Source: a virus (lineage: Duplodnaviria; Caudoviricetes). Taken from it: a stretch of 60,354 nucleotides of DNA. Where the stretch lies: IMG/VR virus record IMGVR_UViG_3300037520_000542, positions 1-60,354 of that record. One strand, 5' to 3'. This document shows positions 27,501 to 37,198 of this stretch, in pieces (the first letter of the stretch is position 1; each line of letters starts with the position of its first letter). Position numbers and translations under genes: made by a program. Below the pieces are notes generated by a model. It was not told where the DNA came from, made no database searches, and saw only the letters and a program-made list of their open reading frames with translations.

Positions 27501-28469
27501 GCGACTGCCGCTGACGCATCCGCGCCGAAGAAGGGCGGCAAGCGTTCTTCGGGTCGCAAGAAGGCTGAGGCCGATACTGCCGCACCGGCTACGGACGCTG
27601 CGTCGGAGGTGGCCCCGATCACTGGCCGCACGAAGACCGTCAAGGAGATTCAGGACGAGGCCAACGAGATCGAGCGTGAGGCTCGCAAGGCGGCGATTGA
27701 CGAAGGCATGGACGTGGACGATGCCGACGCCATTGCCCGCAAGGCCCGCAAGGATCACGTTGACCGGGAGATGGCGGCTCAGAAGGAGATTGCCGCCAAG
27801 ACCGGCAGCGGTAAGCCCGTGACCGATCCCGCTCCCGCAGCGGCAACTGCACGGACCCCCACGAAGATGACTGTTGGCGAGTTGCTTGCCGCTGCCCGCG
27901 AAAAGGATGGTGCTGTCGCGGACGCTGCCGACAACGTCACCGACAATCTCGACGCCTCTGCGACCGAGATCGACGGCACCATCCAGCCCAACACGACCCG
28001 CACCAAGACGTACGACACCGGCACCCCTCCCGCCGATGAGGCTCCCGGCTCGACGGTGCGCACGAAGCAGTACGACGTTGGAGATCAGGCCCAGCCGCCG
28101 AAAACCAACACTGACAGCGGCACTCAGCAGGCCGCTCCCCCTGCCACGAAGCCGTCTTGGATGAAGAGGATTCTGGTCGGCGGTGGCATCGCTGGGGGCA
28201 TCGCCGCCCTCAACAACATGACCCGCCCGTCCGGGCCGTTCCAACTGCCTCCCGGCGTTGGGCCTGCCGGTGGCGCGGGGCCGCAGGACGTGCCGGTTTC
28301 CTTCCCGCCGGGAGCGGCTGGCATGGGCGAGGGCTCGATGGACGACACCGCCGCAGCCGTAGAAGTAGAGCGGCTGACCCGTGCGTTGAACCGCGTGCGG
28401 GGCCAGCAGGCCATGAATCCTAGTGAGACATCGCAGACGCTACTGAACTACAACGCCGGGTACAGATAG
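24510..28469 (+). CDS. Large Ala-rich probable DNA-ejection protein (1319 aa)
   Basis: Size, composition, C-terminal hydrophobic GGGIAGGIAAL segment, internal duplications. Confidence 0.65.
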   Translation: MGVGSQVQTAVGAAASAGRGVQAVPSNTLTKLIAIVRARRAGRAAGPLTDGELKDIMAAVQRGEMTDLQAAEYVQRLQQTSAPVDEAVEAPAAAVVTPPAEPTAARPFSQGEGGRLFSDTEPSIEVRPSGDGETFVYPDGTVVDVFGNVVGTRAVDEGIDNLDASATDLGPESGKPSPARRGGKSNLTPNTAKTDPQEFLAQSIFQMTARADTEPVNTQSLKRLLSQAQKYRTGDTNWMQLSEAFSKMDANQRAAALAALPENTRQFLASVNRDPEVAAARLARLEEMAGVSNADRAAEQIDTAAQARAAANTPRPASGDRAGAVADIGAARELLGESLPAGDWNALTSAFNKLDDEQRAAVFAALPADTRKFLSGMVDPSQPTPAFLPNLVAERTRRSDVSGLPDPLAARQAAPQGNTDTAAMLIDLTASRVAAQKQSAMLAIGDEIEAARGNKEAMDSLVARREEIKSEFDAILSSRERLAAIAARQADDESMAAMESLDAAARKADSEGDAARAVELRRKIGLVERQVAERAQSFEAALSPAPSTAAAGLDESVDAARFDNENLQAATALRNAIIGTDPMYRAEQRRLLDASRPQPQPAAITPGARTPVFATDVPAAEMPTQFDAALAAAGEAQTRRDARAPGGGLSEADRLDAGQAASQRELPFFLRGRDRNDPFETRPRGSRGIEGNDLRAIEKATEMERQIESAQGELDAALADAAKASGVPAMAAAKSRVEQAEARVRAAMNAMDEAYPPRLVNPKTGQWKPYKGGEVPKGMYVERGRKAMAESRLNKGGQQETYDDLVLGMVGARPKAKRNLDRASEGLSSEDVTNLTSDAERVFGDDADEFFDVDFDDDWAVDPLDLETAGRPKKGRLGGQQQQSRIESAMQRMFGDTNPFELTDAEFNPLFANGEAVAEEILAKNTIFKPGTANYELAKSRIGQLVDRKFQSAAKRNPRDAQFIPDDDSIDAVANSATNLGDDAIAPTGGSTAQIGDATAADASAPKKGGKRSSGRKKAEADTAAPATDAASEVAPITGRTKTVKEIQDEANEIEREARKAAIDEGMDVDDADAIARKARKDHVDREMAAQKEIAAKTGSGKPVTDPAPAAATARTPTKMTVGELLAAAREKDGAVADAADNVTDNLDASATEIDGTIQPNTTRTKTYDTGTPPADEAPGSTVRTKQYDVGDQAQPPKTNTDSGTQQAAPPATKPSWMKRILVGGGIAGGIAALNNMTRPSGPFQLPPGVGPAGGAGPQDVPVSFPPGAAGMGEGSMDDTAAAVEVERLTRALNRVRGQQAMNPSETSQTLLNYNAGYR

Positions 28470-28471
28470 AC

Positions 28472-30865
28472 ATGGCTGACACCGTTATCGACCGCATCCG
28501 AAAGTTCCGCGAGTTGGCATCTCCTGCCGTATCGCAGAACTCTGAGATGACCACATGGGAGCCGACCGGCGAGGTTATCCCCGTGTCGGAGTACACCCAC
28601 CGACAGGCCGAGCAGGGGCGTGCGACGAAGTCTGCCCCGATGCCGGGCGACGACGAGGTCGTTGTCGGCGTTCCGAACTGGCTGCGTGAGGAGCGGGCGA
28701 TGGGCGTTCGCTCGACCCCAACGCGGCTTTCTGACACGCTGCCCGCTCCCGGTGCAGCCTCAGCACGTCGGCAGGCTGGCGCTAAGCCCCCGACGCTGTC
28801 GCACGACGCGATGCGTGCCGAGTGGCAGCACGCCAACGCTGGAAATGCGTCGTATGACGACTACCTCAAAAGCATGACCGTATGGGAGCCGACCGGCGAA
28901 GTCATTCCCGTGTCGGAGTACAACCGCCGACAGGCCGCTGCTGGCCGTGCGACCAAAGAGCAGTGGCTGGCAGGCGATCCCAACGAACTGGAGAACGGAG
29001 TCCCGAAGTGGCTGCGATACGAACGAAGCACTGGTGCCATCCCGTCGCCGCAGACGCTAGCCGACCGCATGCCCGCTCCGGGCGCTGCTGCGGCGGCTGC
29101 ACAGCAGGCCGCTGCCGGTAAGCCTGTCGCTCGTCCCGCTGCCGGTAAGCGTGCCGCCCGGCCACCCGCCCCCCAGCAGCCAGTTGGGCCAGTTGCCCAG
29201 TTAGTCTCTGAACTGTCGCAGCGAGGGGCACCGCCCCGCATGCCAGCGCCGGGCGAAGCGTACGCCGCCGCGAGGCAGGCTATCGACGCTGAGAAGTCTG
29301 CTGGTAAGCCCGCCGCTCCCGAGCCAGAGCGAGGCATCTTGCCCGGCGAGGAGCAGGTTACGACGTTCGATACATTCCGCATGCTGAACCCATCCATGCG
29401 AAAGGGCGTCGAGTCGGTCTACGCTGCCAGCGGCCACGAGGGCGGCATCCCGTTTGAGGACTGGCTGTCGGAAACCTACGGCGACCTTCCTCCCGCCGCT
29501 CGCACTGCGGCGATGGAGGCCACTGCTATCGAGCATGGCGTATCGCTAGACGAGCCTGCTGGCTTGCCCGCCAATGCTGCCAGCCCGCTGGCGAGAGATC
29601 GTGTTGCCCGAGATATGCCGCTCCCAGAGGGGCGTGACCTGCGGCAATACAGCCCCGAGCAGCGCAAGGTGATGGCGGAGAATCTGCACAACCCCGAAGT
29701 GCCGATGACTCCGTTTGGCGGCACCTTCACGCTGACAAGCGAGGGAGCCAAGTCGATTCGGGCACCCGACCCGAACCTCATTGCCACTGCCGAAGCAGCC
29801 GCCCGCATGCACGGCGAAGGCTCGCAGCCGCACATCATCGCGCTTGCGAAGGCGATGCACATTGACACGTCGAAGTATCGGCAGCGTGACTACGACATGC
29901 TTGTTGCAGACACGATGCGGGAGAAGGCCCGGTATGACGCCAAGCAGGCGTCGAGCGACATCGAGCGGATGCCGACCGGTGCGTTCCGGTACGTCCCCAA
30001 TGAGCGCACTCAGGAGAACGTCGCCACTCGCAACCGACAGGCGATGGCTCGCACTATCGGCAACCGGTACGCCCGCATGCTGACGCCAGAGCAGGCGCAG
30101 ATGCTGGACGATGCCGCCAATAGCGAGAGCGGCGTGGAGGTCATGCGTGGTTTGAACGAGCAACTGCGTCGGCAGTACGAACGCGACCGGCACCGTGACG
30201 TTGGCAACCGTGCCGCCAACTACAACATCTCGCAAGACCTGCGAAACCCCAACTACGCTCCGGGAATGAACGTCCGGACGCTGATCGAGGCCGTTCGGTC
30301 TGGCGACCCGCAGATGGCTGGTGCTGCCTATGACATCATGGGCAACCCGGCGGCTGCGGCCCAGAGCCGACAACTGGCTGCGTCGTTTGCCAACGCGGAC
30401 GCTACTTCCAATGCCGCGCAGGTCGAGGCGGCGAACAGCATGGCTATGGCTCGACTGGAGGCCGAAACGCAGAAGGCGGTGGCTGGCATGCGGGAGGGCA
30501 CTCCGGAGGATGCCAAGATGGTTGCCGACCTCCAGCAGGAGCAGATGAATAGCATCTACGCTCTTGAGACGCCGGACGAGCAACTCAACGCCATGCGGAC
30601 GTTTGTGCAGCGAGTCAGCCCCGACCTTCCTGCGCCGCAGGTTGAGGCCAGAGCGATGGCGAACATTGCGGCACACCGTGCCAGAAAGCACGGTATCAAC
30701 GACCCGGTGGTTCAGGCGCACCTGACAAACCTGTTCAACACCGACAGGAACGCCTTCATGCAGTTCGCTCAGATCAGTCTTGGCATGACGCTGCCGCAGG
30801 CAAAGGAGTTCTACACCAGCCAGCGAACTTTGCTTGGCAAGGCGGCTGGCCTCGTGGGGTTCTAG
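28472..30865 (+). CDS. Probable ejection protein (797 aa) with an N-terminal tandem duplication
   Basis: WEPTGEVIPVSEY module occurs twice. Confidence 0.65.
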   Translation: MADTVIDRIRKFRELASPAVSQNSEMTTWEPTGEVIPVSEYTHRQAEQGRATKSAPMPGDDEVVVGVPNWLREERAMGVRSTPTRLSDTLPAPGAASARRQAGAKPPTLSHDAMRAEWQHANAGNASYDDYLKSMTVWEPTGEVIPVSEYNRRQAAAGRATKEQWLAGDPNELENGVPKWLRYERSTGAIPSPQTLADRMPAPGAAAAAAQQAAAGKPVARPAAGKRAARPPAPQQPVGPVAQLVSELSQRGAPPRMPAPGEAYAAARQAIDAEKSAGKPAAPEPERGILPGEEQVTTFDTFRMLNPSMRKGVESVYAASGHEGGIPFEDWLSETYGDLPPAARTAAMEATAIEHGVSLDEPAGLPANAASPLARDRVARDMPLPEGRDLRQYSPEQRKVMAENLHNPEVPMTPFGGTFTLTSEGAKSIRAPDPNLIATAEAAARMHGEGSQPHIIALAKAMHIDTSKYRQRDYDMLVADTMREKARYDAKQASSDIERMPTGAFRYVPNERTQENVATRNRQAMARTIGNRYARMLTPEQAQMLDDAANSESGVEVMRGLNEQLRRQYERDRHRDVGNRAANYNISQDLRNPNYAPGMNVRTLIEAVRSGDPQMAGAAYDIMGNPAAAAQSRQLAASFANADATSNAAQVEAANSMAMARLEAETQKAVAGMREGTPEDAKMVADLQQEQMNSIYALETPDEQLNAMRTFVQRVSPDLPAPQVEARAMANIAAHRARKHGINDPVVQAHLTNLFNTDRNAFMQFAQISLGMTLPQAKEFYTSQRTLLGKAAGLVGF

Positions 30866-30868
30866 TCC

Positions 30869-33800
30869 ATGAGCCTCCCGCTGTTTGAGCCCGCACCGAG
30901 ACGCAAGCGGCCAGCGGGCTACATCCCGCTGTTCGATGAGGCCACGCTCGCGGACGAGCCCGTCATGGCGGACAGCGTCACGCCAGAGGAGCGTGACTCC
31001 ATTCTCCAGAGCGTTGGAGAACTGACCGGCGGCACCGTCTCCCGCGTGGCCGACCTGCTCGCGATTCCCGGCGACTACACTCGCGGCTTCCTCACTGGTC
31101 GTCCCGGCGACCGCGTGACCGGCCGAGAGATGCTGCGATCCGCTGGGCTCGTCGGCTCGCAAGACAACTGGGGCAACTTCTTTGGCGGGCTCGCAGCCGA
31201 AACCGTTACCGACCCGCTCGCCCTCCTGTCCGGCCCAGCGAAAGCCCTGACCCCAGCAGGCAATGCAGCAAAAATGGCTGGGGTGCTGGACAATGCCGCC
31301 ACCGCTGCCACCCGGAAGGCGATTGCGGAAGGGCTCGACAACGTGGCCCTGCCGATGGTCGCCAGACGCAATAGGGAGGCTCTGGAAGCCACTGGCCGCA
31401 ACCTGACGACATTCGACCCGGCAACTGTCGGTCGCCCTCTGTACGGCAAGCGGACGGGCCAGCGGGCGGTATCGCTGGACGACCTCATCCGCTACTCCGA
31501 CGACCAAGTCGGCACGGAGCGGTCGCTTCGCGGCGTGCTGGGGGATGCCGAGTTTGAGCGGCTGCGTGGCGAACGCGGCTTGTCCAAGTCCTTCGGATTT
31601 GGTGCCCCTTTCTCGGAGCCGTCCGTTGTGGGCGACTTTCTGGGCGAGCGGTTTGGCGACACCTACGCCGACGCCCTCGACACGCTGGGTGCTGCATACC
31701 GATGGAGCCCTGTCGGCAGAGCGAGCGCTGCGATGTTTGACAGCAAGGCTGGCGGTGCCCTCGACGCCGAAGATCAACTGACCAACATCGCCAACCTCAC
31801 CGCGAAGGAGCGGATGGGTGGCATCGCCACCGGTGCCCACACCTACCAACTCGCCCGCCTGCGTGCCCAGCACCCGGACGTGTTCAGCGAGGAAGGCAAT
31901 CTCGCGTTGGGCCGGTACATCGAGGGCTACAGCGCCGCAGAGTCTGGGGCTCCCAGCGTGATGACGGCTGCGGACAAGGCATACGTCGAGAGTCGGCCCG
32001 CACTCAAGGAGTACGCCGACAACTGGATCAACAACCGGCAGGACTACCTCAGCGAGTCGAGGCGCGCAGGGCTCTCGGCCAACGAGATGCGTGACGCCTA
32101 CGGCATCGACTACCTGCCCCGCAAAGCGGAGGCGTTGCTGGAGATGGAGGGCAAGGCCAACCGCAAGGTCGGCAACGCCCTGTCCGCAATGACGGGCGAC
32201 ATGATGGGCCGCACCGCCGCAATGCAGGTTCCGGGCGGTCGCGACACCATCATCGAACTGTCCCGAGACAAGTTCGTTTCCGGCGGAAAGCGTCTCGCCG
32301 CCACTGACGATGATGCCGCCCAGCATTTGGTGGGCGTGCTGAACGCCAAACTCGCTCCGGGCCAGCCGCCCATCGAGATGAAGCAGGCCCGCAACCTCGC
32401 TCGCGTGCTGCACTCGCTGCCAGCGGAGGTCGTGGATCGTGCGCCGCTGTTCGGACAGCACCCGACCGAGATGATCGGCTCGTACATGCGCGGCCGCAAC
32501 GAAGCGATGGCGACGGCCAGAACGCTCACGGACTCGCTTGCCACGATGGCGACCAACCAAGCCTACGGCGAGGTTCCCGGCGGCAGGCACATCTCGCTCG
32601 CTGACGCCATCGAGCGGCTGGGGCTCAAGACGTACGACAACGCCAACTTCGACGTGCTGGATGACTTCGGCAACGCCGCTCGCCCGCTGCAAGGGGCGGC
32701 AAACAACGTCCGCCAGCGGCTCGCCCAGATATTCGGCGGCGACCCCGACGCGATGAAACTGTCGGAGTTCTCCATCCCGGAAGAACACGTCAACCGGCTG
32801 CTGCGTGCCCGCGATGCGTTCAGCAATGGCGAGGTGGCCGGGAAACTGGTGCAGTATCTGGACTGGTACACGCAGGCGTGGCGTGGCTCGATCTTGACGT
32901 GGCCCGCCCGAGCGGTGCGTGATCTCTATTCCGGAGCCGTCAGCAACTGGCTGGAGGGTGCCCTCAGTGCCGATGGCGTCATGGCGGCGAGGGCGCTGAT
33001 GCAGGAGGGGCCGCAGAGCCCTCGCTTCTTGAGGACGCTCAAGAGCATCTCGCGGTACGCAGGCGACGACGGGGTCGAGTTGTTCTACGCCGACCTCGCC
33101 CAGAGCGGGCTCATCGGGGCGAATCAACTCAACGAGGCAGGGGCCAGCGTGCTGGGGAAGGGGGCTCTGTCCGCACTGCCGGGCGATACGCCCATCACCA
33201 CAGGCACCATTCTCAGCGAGTTGGCACCACAATCCGGCAGGTCATGGCAGCAGTTCGGCAAGGACTTCGGGACGTGGCGGTCCAAACTGAATCCGCTGGC
33301 CGAGACGCGGAACCCGATCCTCCGGGCTGGCGAGCAGATGAACACGCTGACGGACGGCATCAACCGCCTCAGCGGGTACATCGAACTGCTCAAGCAGGGG
33401 TACGATCCGCAGGCGGCGGCGAGGGCGATGAAGCGTGCCCATGTGGACTATTCGTCGCTCACGGAGTTTGAGAAGAAGTACCTGAAGGGAATCTTCCCAT
33501 GGTACTCCTTCCAGAGCCGCATCTTCCGTGAAGTGCTGCGGCAGTTATCGGAGCAGCCGGGCGGACGGTACGGCCAACTGCTTCAGGCGTCGGAGGCTGT
33601 GCAGGATGAGGGCGAGGGAACCTACGTCCCGTCCGGGCTGCGGTCACAGTTTGCGTTTCCGATCCCAGAGGAGTTCGGTGGCGTCCCGTCTCCGGGCACG
33701 CAGGCGTACCTGACCGACATCGACTTTCCCGGCTTCGACCAGATCAACATGATCGCCACTCCGGGCACGCTCAGCGGTGCCGCTGCGGGGACTGGGCGGC

Positions 33801-34351
33801 AGGTTGCGATGCAACTGCACCCGCTGTATCGCATGGCAGTCGAGGGAATGGTCAACACCGACCTGTTCACCAACCGCCCACTGGGAGACTCCACGTCCTC
33901 GCTCGACGCCATCGCCCGCAGCGTGACGGGCGACCAGACCGCCGACGTGCCGTTCCTCGTGGAGAAGACAGTCGAGAACCTGCCGTTCGCTGGTCGTCCA
34001 CTCTATGCCGCCCGCTCGCTGCTCGACACGCGAGGCGACCGCCCGCTCTCCGACCGCGTGTTCACCACCGGGTTCAACGCACTGACAGGCGTCAAGCGAC
34101 GAACGGTCGCGGAGCAAGACGCACTGGCCGATGCGATGCGTGAGATCGAGACGAGCATCGACCCGTACACCCGTGAGTTCAAGCAGGTCTTCATACCCGA
34201 AGCGATGCAGCCGATGGTGCCGAACTGGGCACTGCGTCGTCTGGCCGTTCACCGGGCACTGGGCCGCGAGCGCAGGGAGGCACGCAAGCCCGCTGCGAAG
34301 AAGGGCAAGAAGCGGCAGTCCGACACCGGTGCGGTGACGCTATTCGATTAG
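30869..34351 (+). CDS. Large probable ejection protein (1160 aa)
   Basis: AETVTDPL motif; VDYSSLTEFEKKYLKGIFPWYSF motif typical of the terminal ejection proteins of podoviruses. Confidence 0.7.
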   Translation: MSLPLFEPAPRRKRPAGYIPLFDEATLADEPVMADSVTPEERDSILQSVGELTGGTVSRVADLLAIPGDYTRGFLTGRPGDRVTGREMLRSAGLVGSQDNWGNFFGGLAAETVTDPLALLSGPAKALTPAGNAAKMAGVLDNAATAATRKAIAEGLDNVALPMVARRNREALEATGRNLTTFDPATVGRPLYGKRTGQRAVSLDDLIRYSDDQVGTERSLRGVLGDAEFERLRGERGLSKSFGFGAPFSEPSVVGDFLGERFGDTYADALDTLGAAYRWSPVGRASAAMFDSKAGGALDAEDQLTNIANLTAKERMGGIATGAHTYQLARLRAQHPDVFSEEGNLALGRYIEGYSAAESGAPSVMTAADKAYVESRPALKEYADNWINNRQDYLSESRRAGLSANEMRDAYGIDYLPRKAEALLEMEGKANRKVGNALSAMTGDMMGRTAAMQVPGGRDTIIELSRDKFVSGGKRLAATDDDAAQHLVGVLNAKLAPGQPPIEMKQARNLARVLHSLPAEVVDRAPLFGQHPTEMIGSYMRGRNEAMATARTLTDSLATMATNQAYGEVPGGRHISLADAIERLGLKTYDNANFDVLDDFGNAARPLQGAANNVRQRLAQIFGGDPDAMKLSEFSIPEEHVNRLLRARDAFSNGEVAGKLVQYLDWYTQAWRGSILTWPARAVRDLYSGAVSNWLEGALSADGVMAARALMQEGPQSPRFLRTLKSISRYAGDDGVELFYADLAQSGLIGANQLNEAGASVLGKGALSALPGDTPITTGTILSELAPQSGRSWQQFGKDFGTWRSKLNPLAETRNPILRAGEQMNTLTDGINRLSGYIELLKQGYDPQAAARAMKRAHVDYSSLTEFEKKYLKGIFPWYSFQSRIFREVLRQLSEQPGGRYGQLLQASEAVQDEGEGTYVPSGLRSQFAFPIPEEFGGVPSPGTQAYLTDIDFPGFDQINMIATPGTLSGAAAGTGRQVAMQLHPLYRMAVEGMVNTDLFTNRPLGDSTSSLDAIARSVTGDQTADVPFLVEKTVENLPFAGRPLYAARSLLDTRGDRPLSDRVFTTGFNALTGVKRRTVAEQDALADAMREIETSIDPYTREFKQVFIPEAMQPMVPNWALRRLAVHRALGRERREARKPAAKKGKKRQSDTGAVTLFD

Positions 34352-35155
34352 TTGCGGCGGCTGAGGGATGTCCCTCCGCACCTGCGTCCAGTCGATGTAG
34401 GCACGCTCTGCGAGCCCCATCGTTCGGTGCCCGAGATGAAGCCTGCCCTTGCCGGGATGGAGCATCTCGATGTGCGTGGCACTGGATCGCCTCAGCCATT
34501 TACTCGACCCGCCGATGTTCAGGCTCTTGAGGTAGGCGAACATCACCTTGTTGCCACCGCTTGCCGTGATAGCCCACGCCAGCACCGTCCGGTCAGTGGA
34601 GAGTGACAGCATCTGCTTGACAGCATCGACGCACGGCTGCGACAGAAGTTTCGGCAGCGGGTCGCCCGTCTTGTGCTGCGTCCACCACAGAGTGTCGCCG
34701 CTGAAGTTGCCTGCCGTCATCCTCCAGAGGTCGCCACGCCTCGCCCCCGACTCGTAGCCGAGCAGCAGCCAGCACCGGAGGAATAGCCCCACCGGGCACC
34801 CCGAGCGAAGACGCTTTTCATCCAGCGAGAAAGTCCCCTTGACAGCCGTACAGCACTGTTCTAAAGTCCACGCCCTAGTTGGCGGTCGATGGGCCTTGAT
34901 CTTGACGATTCCTCTGGGGATCGACTTCACTAGCCCGCGATCAACGGCGTAGTTCCACAGCACCATGAGCATGGCACGCTCATACGAGACTGTTACGGAG
35001 GACACGACTTCCAGCCGCTGCTTCAGGTAGCGGTTGCAGGATGGGGCCGACAACTCTCCCAAGTTGCGGGCCAGCCGTCGCAGGCTGTGCGAGTAGAGCC
35101 TGCTGACAGCACGTTCACTGAGATACCTTTCCGCCAAACGAGACGCTGAAATCAT
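34340..35155 (-). CDS. Tyrosine recombinase
   Basis: YESGARRGDL (R), HKTG (K), KWLRRS (HxxR variant), HLGH, ERAY (Y); start uncertain (35155 or upstream). Confidence 0.85.
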   Translation of the reverse strand: MISASRLAERYLSERAVSRLYSHSLRRLARNLGELSAPSCNRYLKQRLEVVSSVTVSYERAMLMVLWNYAVDRGLVKSIPRGIVKIKAHRPPTRAWTLEQCCTAVKGTFSLDEKRLRSGCPVGLFLRCWLLLGYESGARRGDLWRMTAGNFSGDTLWWTQHKTGDPLPKLLSQPCVDAVKQMLSLSTDRTVLAWAITASGGNKVMFAYLKSLNIGGSSKWLRRSSATHIEMLHPGKGRLHLGHRTMGLAERAYIDWTQVRRDIPQPPQLIE

Positions 35156-36140
35156 GGACGCACCCCTCATCGAGCAGGCCGAAAGTATCGAGGACATGCA
35201 GGGCATCAACCCCCCTGCAATGAGCCCCGATAGTGGCAACCCGCTCGCTATGGGCGCACAAGCAGCATGTAGAGCCGGGCTTTCACGCCCCTACATGGTT
35301 CCTGTGCGACCGGTCGATATTCGGCGACAAGAGACGAACGCCGACTACCACGCTGACGAAACCCACAGGTCTTGCAGCCGAGTCAAAACGCTCCTTGACT
35401 CGACCACCCTGTACCACCAGCGGTACGTCGCCAAAACCCTCCCGCCCTACCAGAGCAGTGCCCTCGATCACGGCACTCTCATGCACCGGTGGCTGGAGGA
35501 AGGCGATGCCTTCCTTGAGACGCTGGTGTCTCCTCCGCCAGACACACTAACAGCCACCGGACAGGTTGGCAAAGAAGCCAAGAAGTGGGCTGAAAACGAG
35601 GCTCCCGCAGGGGCGACAGTCGTCGGCCCGAAGGAGCGTGCCCAGATTCTGGCGGAAGTCGCCGCCATCAAGGCGAACCCTGCCGCCGTCGAACTGATCG
35701 ACGCCATCATCGACCACGAGGTGTCGGTGCGATGGACGACGCCGCAGGGCGACCGGCTGAAGTGCCGGTACGACGCACGCACTCCCGACGTGTGGATCGA
35801 CCTCAAGACGACGAGCGACGAGGACATCCGCAGTCAGTGGCCCGCGAGCGTCATTCGCTTCAAGTACCACCTCCAAGATGCGTGGTATCGGCTGGGCATG
35901 GAGGCGTGTGGCCTTGAGCCACGCCCGCTGCACTTCATCGTCATCAGCACCAGCATCTCGCACGACTGCCAAGTCGTGACGCTGCCCGAAGTCGTCGTTG
36001 CCGAAGGGCGGCGGCTCATGGACCGGGCTCTCGCTGACCTTCGCCTGCGTGAAGACCTCGACTGGTGGTTGCCGGACCATCACGGCGAGGTGTTTGAGTT
36101 GGAGTTTCCGGCGTACTTACTGAGGAGTTTCCAGTCGTGA
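35154..36140 (+). CDS. RecE/ExoVIII-like PD-(D/E)xK exonuclease (DUF3799-like)
   Basis: HGTLMHRWL, LKCRYD, IDLKTT, YHLQDAWY; true start may be downstream. Confidence 0.9.
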   Translation: MDAPLIEQAESIEDMQGINPPAMSPDSGNPLAMGAQAACRAGLSRPYMVPVRPVDIRRQETNADYHADETHRSCSRVKTLLDSTTLYHQRYVAKTLPPYQSSALDHGTLMHRWLEEGDAFLETLVSPPPDTLTATGQVGKEAKKWAENEAPAGATVVGPKERAQILAEVAAIKANPAAVELIDAIIDHEVSVRWTTPQGDRLKCRYDARTPDVWIDLKTTSDEDIRSQWPASVIRFKYHLQDAWYRLGMEACGLEPRPLHFIVISTSISHDCQVVTLPEVVVAEGRRLMDRALADLRLREDLDWWLPDHHGEVFELEFPAYLLRSFQS

Positions 36141-36793
36141 AGACCCAATCGCTTTGGACTGAGGCCAGCGAGCATCTCGACCAGTTGTTTGCGGCACACG
36201 CCGCTGCTCTCGGTCAGTTGAAGAACGCACCGCGAACGTGCGTCAGCCACTTCGCGAAGAAGGGGCCGGACGGCAAGCCGATCCCCGACTACGCGGACCT
36301 CGCCACCGTGTTCGACACGATCCGTGCGGCCCTCGCCGCCAACGGCCTGAGCGTCACGCAGACGTTCATGCCGTTCGGAGAGGACGGCTCGACGCTGATG
36401 CTGGTGACGACGCTTGGTCACAAGAGCGGCCAGTTCCAGCGGTCGTACCTGCCGATGAAGGCGAACGTCCCACCGCAGCAGTTGGCGTCCACCGCCACCT
36501 ACCTGAAGCGTGTGGCGTTGTGTGCGGTCGTGGGCATCGCTGCCGACGACGACGACGACGGCCAGCAGGCCAACGCCACGCACGCCACTGCGACGGTGAG
36601 CGACGAGCCGCGAATCGTCGCTGCCCTCCAGAAGAAGTTGAAGGCGGCGAAGGACGCGAAGGGCAGGGCGGCAGAGATCGCCCGTGCCCAGAAGGGTCTG
36701 TCAGAGGGGCTTCTGAGCCAGAAGTCGTTCGACCAGATCAAGGACTTGGCTGACGCACTGGACGAGCAGCAGGAGCCAGCGTTGGCGTCCTGA
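36137..36793 (+). CDS. erf: ERF-family ssDNA annealing protein
   Basis: YADLATV...NGLSVTQ...LGHKSGQ...STATYLKRVAL..VGIAADDDDDG. Confidence 0.9.
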   Translation: MKTQSLWTEASEHLDQLFAAHAAALGQLKNAPRTCVSHFAKKGPDGKPIPDYADLATVFDTIRAALAANGLSVTQTFMPFGEDGSTLMLVTTLGHKSGQFQRSYLPMKANVPPQQLASTATYLKRVALCAVVGIAADDDDDGQQANATHATATVSDEPRIVAALQKKLKAAKDAKGRAAEIARAQKGLSEGLLSQKSFDQIKDLADALDEQQEPALAS

Positions 36794-36829
36794 CCACACA
36801 AGGAGGTTGGGCCTACCCCTCAGCGCCGC

Positions 36830-36862
36830 GCCGGACGGCGTCCCATCCATCCGGCACTTTTT
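36830..36862 (+). terminator. Possible intrinsic terminator after erf
   Basis: GCCGGA...TCCGGC followed by ACTTTTT. Confidence 0.4.
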
Positions 36863-36865
36863 CCC

Positions 36866-37198
36866 ATGAACCAGAAACTCCTCGACTACAGCCGCGTCAT
36901 CAGCGTCATGGCTCAGCAAGACGTGCTGGGCTCTGACGTGGCCGACCACTTCTGCAAGGCGATCCTGCCGCAGTTGCTTGCGGAACTCGACGTAATGACC
37001 CGGCTCGCTGACGTACGCATCGCGGCGGCACTCGACATCCCGCAGCCTGTCGCTCCGCAAGAGCCGCAGGAGTGCGAGGCGACCGTCTGCTCCAGCCGCT
37101 GGGCCACGAACCAAGAGAAGGTGCCCGCCAAAAAGGCGAAGAAGGCACGCAAGAGAACCCGTGCAAGGAAGCCGAAGAATGAACACGCTGACGCATGA
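36866..37198 (+). CDS. Hypothetical protein (110 aa)
   Basis: ORF fills the gap; basic tail. Confidence 0.65.
   Translation: MNQKLLDYSRVISVMAQQDVLGSDVADHFCKAILPQLLAELDVMTRLADVRIAAALDIPQPVAPQEPQECEATVCSSRWATNQEKVPAKKAKKARKRTRARKPKNEHADA

Noticed and set aside
29546-33232. 1228-aa minus-strand ORF
   Set aside because: Antisense shadow of the + strand ejection genes, expected with GC-rich codon bias; no protein motifs
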